A stretch of DNA of 64,000 bases from Lingula anatina (lineage: Eukaryota; Animalia; Brachiopoda): assembly GCA_051362555.1 (NCBI GenBank), contig CM120641.1, positions 12,524,001 to 12,588,000 of the forward strand. Reading direction: 5' to 3'. The position numbers were made by a program, and so were the translations under genes. Numbering within the stretch: position 1 is the stretch's first letter; each line of letters opens with the position of its first letter. Below are positions 62,901 through 64,000 of this stretch, in pieces. The notes beneath the pieces were generated by a model, which saw only the letters and a list, made by a program, of their open reading frames with translations, had not been told where the DNA came from and made no database searches.

Positions 62901-64000
62901 GTGTTGAACTTGAGATCACAGAGGAAACTAAGCCTGAGGAGGTGTCTACTGCACCTAGTGAGGAAGTACCATCTGAGGTTAAGGAAGCAGAAAAGAAATT
63001 GCCTTCTGAAGCCAAAACCGAAGAACAGGTGGCCAGTGTTGAGCTTGAGATCACAGAGGAAACTAAGCCTGATGAGGTATCTACTGCTCCTAGTGAGGAA
63101 GTACCATCTGAGGTTATGGAGGCAGAAAAGAAATTGCCTACTGAAGCCAAAACTGAAGAACAGGTGGCCAGTGTAAAACTTGAGATCACAGAGGAAACTA
63201 AGCCTGAGGAGGTATCTACTGCTCCTAGTGAGGAAGTACCATCTGAGGTTAAGGAGGCAGAAAAGAAATTGCCTACTGAAGCCAAAACCGAAGAACAGGT
63301 GGCCAGTGTTGAACTTGAGATCACAGAGGAAACTAAGCCTGAGGAGGTATCTACTGCTCCTAGTGAGGAAGTACCATCTAAGGTTAAGGAGGCAGAAAAG
63401 AAATTGCCTATTGAAGCCAAAACCGAAGAACAGGTGGCCAGTGTTAAACTTGAGATCACAGAGGAAACTAAGCCTGAGGAGGTATCTACTGCTCCCAGTG
63501 AGGAAGTGCCATCTGAGGTTAAGGATGCAGAAAAGAAATTGCCTTCTGAAGCCAAAACAGAAGAACAGGTTGCCTCTATTGAACTTGAGATCACCGAGGA
63601 AACTAAGCCTGAAGAGGTATCTACTGCTCCCAGTGAGGAAGTGCCATCTGAGGTTAAGGAGGCAGAAATGAAATTGCCTACTGAAGCCAAAACCGAAGAA
63701 CAGGTGGCCAGTGTTGAACTTGAGATCACAGAGGAAACTAAGCCTGATGAGGTATCTACTGCTCCTAGTGAGGAAGTACCATCTGAGGTTAAGGAGGCAG
63801 AAAAGAAATTGCCTACTGAAGCCAAAACCGAAGAACAGGTGGCCAGTGTTGAACTTGAGATCACAGAGGAAACTAAGCCTGATGAGGTATCTACTGCTCC
63901 TAGTGAGGAAGTACCATCTGAGGTTAAGGAGGCAGAAAAGAAATTGCCTACTGAAGCCAAAACCGAAGAACAGGTGGCCAGTGTTGAACTTGAGATCACA
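1003..64000 (+). CDS. TTN: Titin/sallimus(kettin)-like giant sarcomeric protein gene, internal part; multi-exon, 5' and 3' ends outside window
   Basis: About 29 I-set Ig domains (PxF..W..D.G.Y.C.A.N..G) plus PEVK-like segments joined by phase-compatible splice sites; titin/kettin-type motifs FEERL, EPERKLNIP, HFECRLVPVGDP, THDFGFVALDI, ETQLPEG. Family call is strong; strict orthology symbol is tentative. Confidence 0.9.
1536..1897 (+). CDS. Exon, linker plus Ig N-half
   Basis: tgtag|G; G|gtaagt; phase 2-1; APKFIEPI. Confidence 0.9.
2846..3043 (+). CDS. Exon, Ig C-half (KPEPTIKWYKEG...ELIVK)
   Basis: ttcag|GC; G|gtatgc; absent from the + ORF track. Confidence 0.9.
3917..3926. promoter_or_regulatory. 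CArG box (SRF site), candidate intronic muscle enhancer
   Basis: CCATATATGG is a perfect CC(A/T)6GG; CACCTG E-box about 80 bp downstream in a GC-richer patch. Confidence 0.4.
5485..5668 (+). promoter_or_regulatory. Candidate internal promoter
   Basis: E-boxes CACCTG 5485 and CAGCTG 5499; TATA run 5657-5668 about 150 bp upstream of a Kozak-like ATG. Confidence 0.5.
5812..5860 (+). CDS. Candidate alternative first coding exon MWQELIQWSLGVPDPV
   Basis: aaagccATG; ends AG|GCAAGT (GC-AG consensus); phase 1 matches acceptor at 6396. Confidence 0.6.
6396..6683 (+). CDS. Exon, complete Ig
   Basis: tgcag|CC; G|gtacat; phase 1-1. Confidence 0.92.
7777..8024 (+). CDS. Exon, Pro/Lys-rich linker
   Basis: cctag|TC; AAG|gtgagt; phase 1-0. 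Confidence 0.88.
8344..8602 (+). CDS. Exon, Ig
   Basis: ttcag|CCT; G|gtaaga. Confidence 0.92.
8758..9100 (+). CDS. Exon, poly-Pro linker plus Ig N-half
   Basis: gctag|GT; AG|gtaaga; phase 1-2. Confidence 0.9.
9359..9501 (+). CDS. Exon, Ig C-half
   Basis: tctag|A; G|gtaatg. Confidence 0.9.
10545..10771 (+). CDS. Exon, charged linker
   Basis: gtag|GT; CCT|gtaagt; phase 1-0. Confidence 0.85.
11002..11232 (+). CDS. Exon, FEERL motif plus Ig N-half
   Basis: tgtag|CAC; AAG|gtaggc. Confidence 0.9.
11517..11764 (+). CDS. Exon, Ig C-half (IQWFKDGKRI...)
   Basis: ctcag|ATC; AG|gtaagt. Confidence 0.9.
12070..12280 (+). CDS. Exon, linker plus Ig N-half
   Basis: tgtag|A; AAG|gtgaga. Confidence 0.9.
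12335..13298. mobile_element. Non-autonomous DNA transposon (MITE-like, hAT-like CAGG termini)
   Basis: 110-bp TIRs 12335-12444 and 13189-13298 with about 8 mismatches; flanking GACACT direct repeat at 12329-12334 and 13299-13304; CpG-richer interior; no transposase ORF. Confidence 0.88.
13439..13571 (+). CDS. Exon, Ig C-half (VVVNEEGVHSLII...)
   Basis: ttcag|GTT; C|gtgagt. Confidence 0.9.
13853..14146 (+). CDS. Exon, complete Ig
   Basis: gacag|AG; G|gtaaaa. Confidence 0.88.
14684..14750 (+). CDS. Exon ETKKKEPERKLNIPKAKAVAP, upstream anchor of cassette bank
   Basis: tccag|TC; GG|gtaaga; phase 1-2. Confidence 0.85.
15161..15352 (+). CDS. Cassette exon A (192 nt)
   Basis: tgtag|C; AG|gtttga; phase 2-2; paralogous to 3' end of B. 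Confidence 0.8.
15895..16269 (+). CDS. Cassette exon B (375 nt), KSPP repeats
   Basis: long pyrimidine tract gtag|A; AG|gtttgc; phase 2-2. Confidence 0.82.
16563..16682 (+). CDS. Cassette exon C (120 nt)
   Basis: cacag|A; AG|gtctgt; phase 2-2. Confidence 0.75.
17072..17509 (+). CDS. Cassette exon D (438 nt)
   Basis: ttcag|T; AG|gtgctt; phase 2-2. Confidence 0.78.
18465..18512 (+). CDS. Cassette microexon E (48 nt) EEEEEEPKPHWMVKLR
   Basis: ctttag|G; AG|gttgat; phase 2-2. Confidence 0.72.
18817..18894 (+). CDS. Cassette exon F (78 nt) HVERYSPPAPESPTTPVKTEAAPEI
   Basis: ttaag|G after long C/T tract; AG|gtttgt; phase 2-2. Confidence 0.68.
19209..19691 (+). CDS. Cassette exon G (483 nt), Pro-rich
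   Basis: ttcag|A; AG|gtctgt; phase 2-2. Confidence 0.82.
19871..20461 (+). CDS. Cassette exon H (591 nt), acidic with poly-Asp
   Basis: tttag|T; AG|gtgcgc; phase 2-2. Confidence 0.78.
21021..21089 (+). CDS. Cassette exon I (69 nt) PGAPPAPAPTALQVVSVDTPTE
   Basis: ttcag|A; AG|gtagca; phase 2-2. Confidence 0.72.
22344..22499 (+). CDS. Cassette exon J (156 nt)
   Basis: tgtag|A; AG|gttcat; phase 2-2. Confidence 0.75.
23521..23577 (+). CDS. Cassette exon K (57 nt) EPFKPQKMRKDVLILRSS
   Basis: cacag|G after long pyrimidine tract; AG|gttaga; phase 2-2. Confidence 0.68.
24356..24579 (+). CDS. Exon, downstream anchor of cassette bank; kettin-type Ig N-half
   Basis: ttcag|T; G|gtaagt; ADIYDKSKQRPPEFK...HFECRLVPVGDP. 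Confidence 0.9.
24843..24986 (+). CDS. Exon, kettin-type Ig C-half
   Basis: HRFRTTHDFGFVALDILYTYPEDSG; G|gtgggt. Confidence 0.92.
25303..25390 (+). CDS. Exon, kettin/titin linker (ETQLPEGMEGVQRLQQME)
   Basis: ttcag|GC; AT|gtgagt. Confidence 0.88.
25592..25766 (+). CDS. Exon, Ig N-half
   Basis: tgtag|A; GAT|gtaagt. Confidence 0.9.
26052..26238 (+). CDS. Exon, Ig C-half plus EDWRARLKRTPE
   Basis: tgcag|GGA; C|gtatgt. Confidence 0.9.
26384..26497 (+). CDS. Exon, linker
   Basis: tatag|CC; G|gtaagg; phase 1-1. Confidence 0.8.
26639..26853 (+). CDS. Exon, linker
   Basis: tttag|AA; AAG|gtatga. Confidence 0.82.
27021..27188 (+). CDS. Exon, Ig N-half
   Basis: tttag|GCC; CAG|gtatgg; EPPVFTKP. Confidence 0.9.
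27386..27515 (+). CDS. Exon, Ig C-half
   Basis: ttcag|ATC; C|gtaagt. Confidence 0.9.
27888..28030 (+). CDS. Exon, Ig N-half
   Basis: tttag|CT; AAG|gtagga. Confidence 0.9.
28337..28511 (+). CDS. Exon, Ig C-half
   Basis: atcag|AAT; A|gtaaga. Confidence 0.9.
28813..28959 (+). CDS. Exon, linker plus Ig N-half
   Basis: tttag|CT; A|gtaagc. Confidence 0.88.
29329..29517 (+). CDS. Exon, Ig C-half
   Basis: tatag|CC; A|gtaagt. Confidence 0.9.
29582..29621. repeat. (CA)20 microsatellite
   Basis: Read directly. Confidence 0.95.
30057..30247 (+). CDS. Exon, Ig N-half
   Basis: tctag|TG; CAG|gtactt. Confidence 0.9.
30580..30709 (+). CDS. Exon, Ig C-half
   Basis: ttcag|ATT; G|gtaact. Confidence 0.9.
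30775..30788 (+). CDS. Candidate stop-containing alternative (terminal) exon, A-E-S-G-stop
   Basis: Strong acceptor tttttttccttttcaatcccag|CG GAG TCC GGC TAG, phase 1, 65 nt after donor 30709; AATAAA at 31434. Confidence 0.5.
32140..32246 (+). CDS. Exon, acidic linker
   Basis: tgtag|AA; GAA|gtatgt. Confidence 0.82.
32561..32688 (+). CDS. Exon, type-B Ig N-part
   Basis: ttcag|GAG; AG|gtattt. Confidence 0.85.
32976..33193 (+). CDS. Exon, type-B Ig C-part
   Basis: ttcag|A; G|gtaggt. Confidence 0.9.
33386..33476 (+). CDS. Exon, type-B Ig N-part
   Basis: tgtag|CT; AA|gtatgt; MPPEFKKP. Confidence 0.85.
33744..33982 (+). CDS. Exon, type-B Ig C-part
   Basis: ctcag|G; C|gtaagt. Confidence 0.9.
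34169..34361 (+). CDS. Exon, linker plus type-B Ig N-part
   Basis: tttag|CT; AG|gtactg. Confidence 0.88.
34551..34765 (+). CDS. Exon, type-B Ig C-part
   Basis: tccag|A; G|gtgagt. Confidence 0.9.
35102..35496 (+). CDS. Exon, type-A Ig
   Basis: aacag|AA; ACG|gtgagg. Confidence 0.88.
35799..36819 (+). CDS. Exon, PEVK-like segment plus type-A Ig
   Basis: ttcag|AGT; C|gtaagt. Confidence 0.9.
37092..37227 (+). CDS. Exon, linker plus type-B Ig N-part
   Basis: tgtag|CT; AA|gtaagt. Confidence 0.88.
37686..37903 (+). CDS. Exon, type-B Ig C-part
   Basis: gttag|G; A|gtaagt. Confidence 0.9.
38036..38088 (+). CDS. Exon, type-A Ig N-part (MHPPKFTKPIKPQ)
   Basis: tttag|AG; CAG|gtatgt. Confidence 0.85.
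38229..38481 (+). CDS. Exon, type-A Ig C-part
   Basis: tacag|GTT; A|gtaagt. Confidence 0.9.
38846..38997 (+). CDS. Exon, linker plus type-A Ig N-part
   Basis: ataag|AA; CAG|gtaaga. Confidence 0.82.
39211..39460 (+). CDS. Exon, type-A Ig C-part
   Basis: ttcag|GTT; A|gtaagt. Confidence 0.9.
39746..39926 (+). CDS. Exon, linker plus type-B Ig N-part
   Basis: ttcag|GT; GT|gtaggt. Confidence 0.82.
40199..40416 (+). CDS. Exon, type-B Ig C-part
   Basis: tacag|A; A|gtgagt. Confidence 0.9.
40716..41231 (+). CDS. Exon, PEVK-like linker plus type-A Ig
   Basis: tatag|AG; A|gtaagt. Confidence 0.9.
41445..42386 (+). CDS. Exon, Glu-rich linker plus type-A Ig
   Basis: tttag|CA; T|gtaagt. Confidence 0.9.
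42586..49404 (+). CDS. Giant exon 1 (6819 nt): Glu-rich elastic region, 44-aa repeat array, two Ig
   Basis: tacag|CC; G|gtaggt; open frame throughout; phase 1-1. Confidence 0.9.
43666..47490 (+). repeat. Coding tandem array, about 29 x 132 bp (EQEAAEHVAPVEEETKGTEEVRVDLAGADKAAEETRTEEQKAIT)
   Basis: caagagg anchor at 43671, 43803 ... 47367 (28 intervals of 132). Confidence 0.95.
49680..49909 (+). CDS. Exon, linker plus Ig N-half
   Basis: tgcag|CA; CAG|gtaagt. Confidence 0.9.
50240..50405 (+). CDS. Exon, Ig C-half
   Basis: aatag|GAG; A|gtaagc. Confidence 0.9.
51662..51783 (+). CDS. Candidate alternative terminal exon (AIEEVLYEEFYEIEVDILLKW...PRIL-stop)
   Basis: Branch-like ctaac and pyrimidine tract, tacag|AG; phase 1; Glu-rich frame to TAG 51781; ATTAAA at 51894 and 51919. 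Confidence 0.55.
52347..52433 (+). CDS. Candidate cassette exon (87 nt) CEKAEESELDQTREVEVTHQDDKARCTI
   Basis: tttttag|AA; G|gttggc; phase 1-1; composition like the titin linkers; GCATG just downstream. Confidence 0.55.
   Translation, partial: NVKRLRKVNSIKLVKLKSHIRMIKQDVQ
53871..53912. repeat. (TG)21 microsatellite
   Basis: Read directly. Confidence 0.95.
56911..56968. repeat. Perfect 29-bp tandem duplication
   Basis: cagaatattaatttcatattaaaaaattc x2. Confidence 0.9.
57899..58912 (+). CDS. Exon, PEVK-like segment plus Ig
   Basis: tctag|AA; G|gtaaga; phase 1-1. Confidence 0.9.
60000..64000 (+). CDS. Giant exon 2 (partial, over 4 kb), 45-aa PEVK-like repeat array
   Basis: catag|CA GAA CCA; frame open to window end, so missing from the ORF track. 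Confidence 0.88.
60295..64000 (+). repeat. Coding tandem array, at least 27 x 135 bp (EAKTEEQVASVELEITEETKPEEVSTAPSEEVPSEVKEAEKKLPS)
   Basis: gaacttgagatcac at 60341, 60476 and onward; period 135. Confidence 0.95.

Noticed and set aside
43819-63671. Lys/Arg/Leu-rich + ORFs and Phe/Ser-rich - ORFs inside the arrays
   Set aside because: Off-frame translations of the coding repeats, broken by stops
59992-63999. Two minus-strand ORFs of about 660 aa
   Set aside because: Same shadow effect; interrupted by a single variant near 62030 while the + frame stays open

Overview
AT-rich eukaryotic DNA, probably from an invertebrate (lophotrochozoan-like; inferred). The whole window lies inside one + strand giant muscle gene, a titin/sallimus-kettin family member, entered mid-gene and still coding at the right edge. 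I traced about 70 exons by hand with phase-consistent splice junctions, encoding about 29 I-set Ig domains, Pro-rich linkers and Glu/Val/Thr-rich PEVK-like segments. Region 11-26 kb is collinear with the vertebrate titin Z-disk/I-junction Ig run (recalled from memory, not aligned). The most notable feature is a candidate isoform-generating system that the ORF track misses: (1) an internal first exon with a GC-AG donor (5812-5860) behind a TATA, E-boxes and an upstream CArG box; (2) a bank of 11 symmetric phase-2 cassette exons and microexons (15161-23577), all with weak donors and embedded in (U)GCAUG Rbfox motifs; (3) two stop-containing candidate terminal exons (30775 and 51662); (4) two giant exons carrying homogenised 132-bp and 135-bp arrays that appear homologous to each other. 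An intronic 964-bp non-autonomous DNA transposon with 110-bp TIRs and a 6-bp TSD is also present. Splice assignments are predictions from sequence alone.
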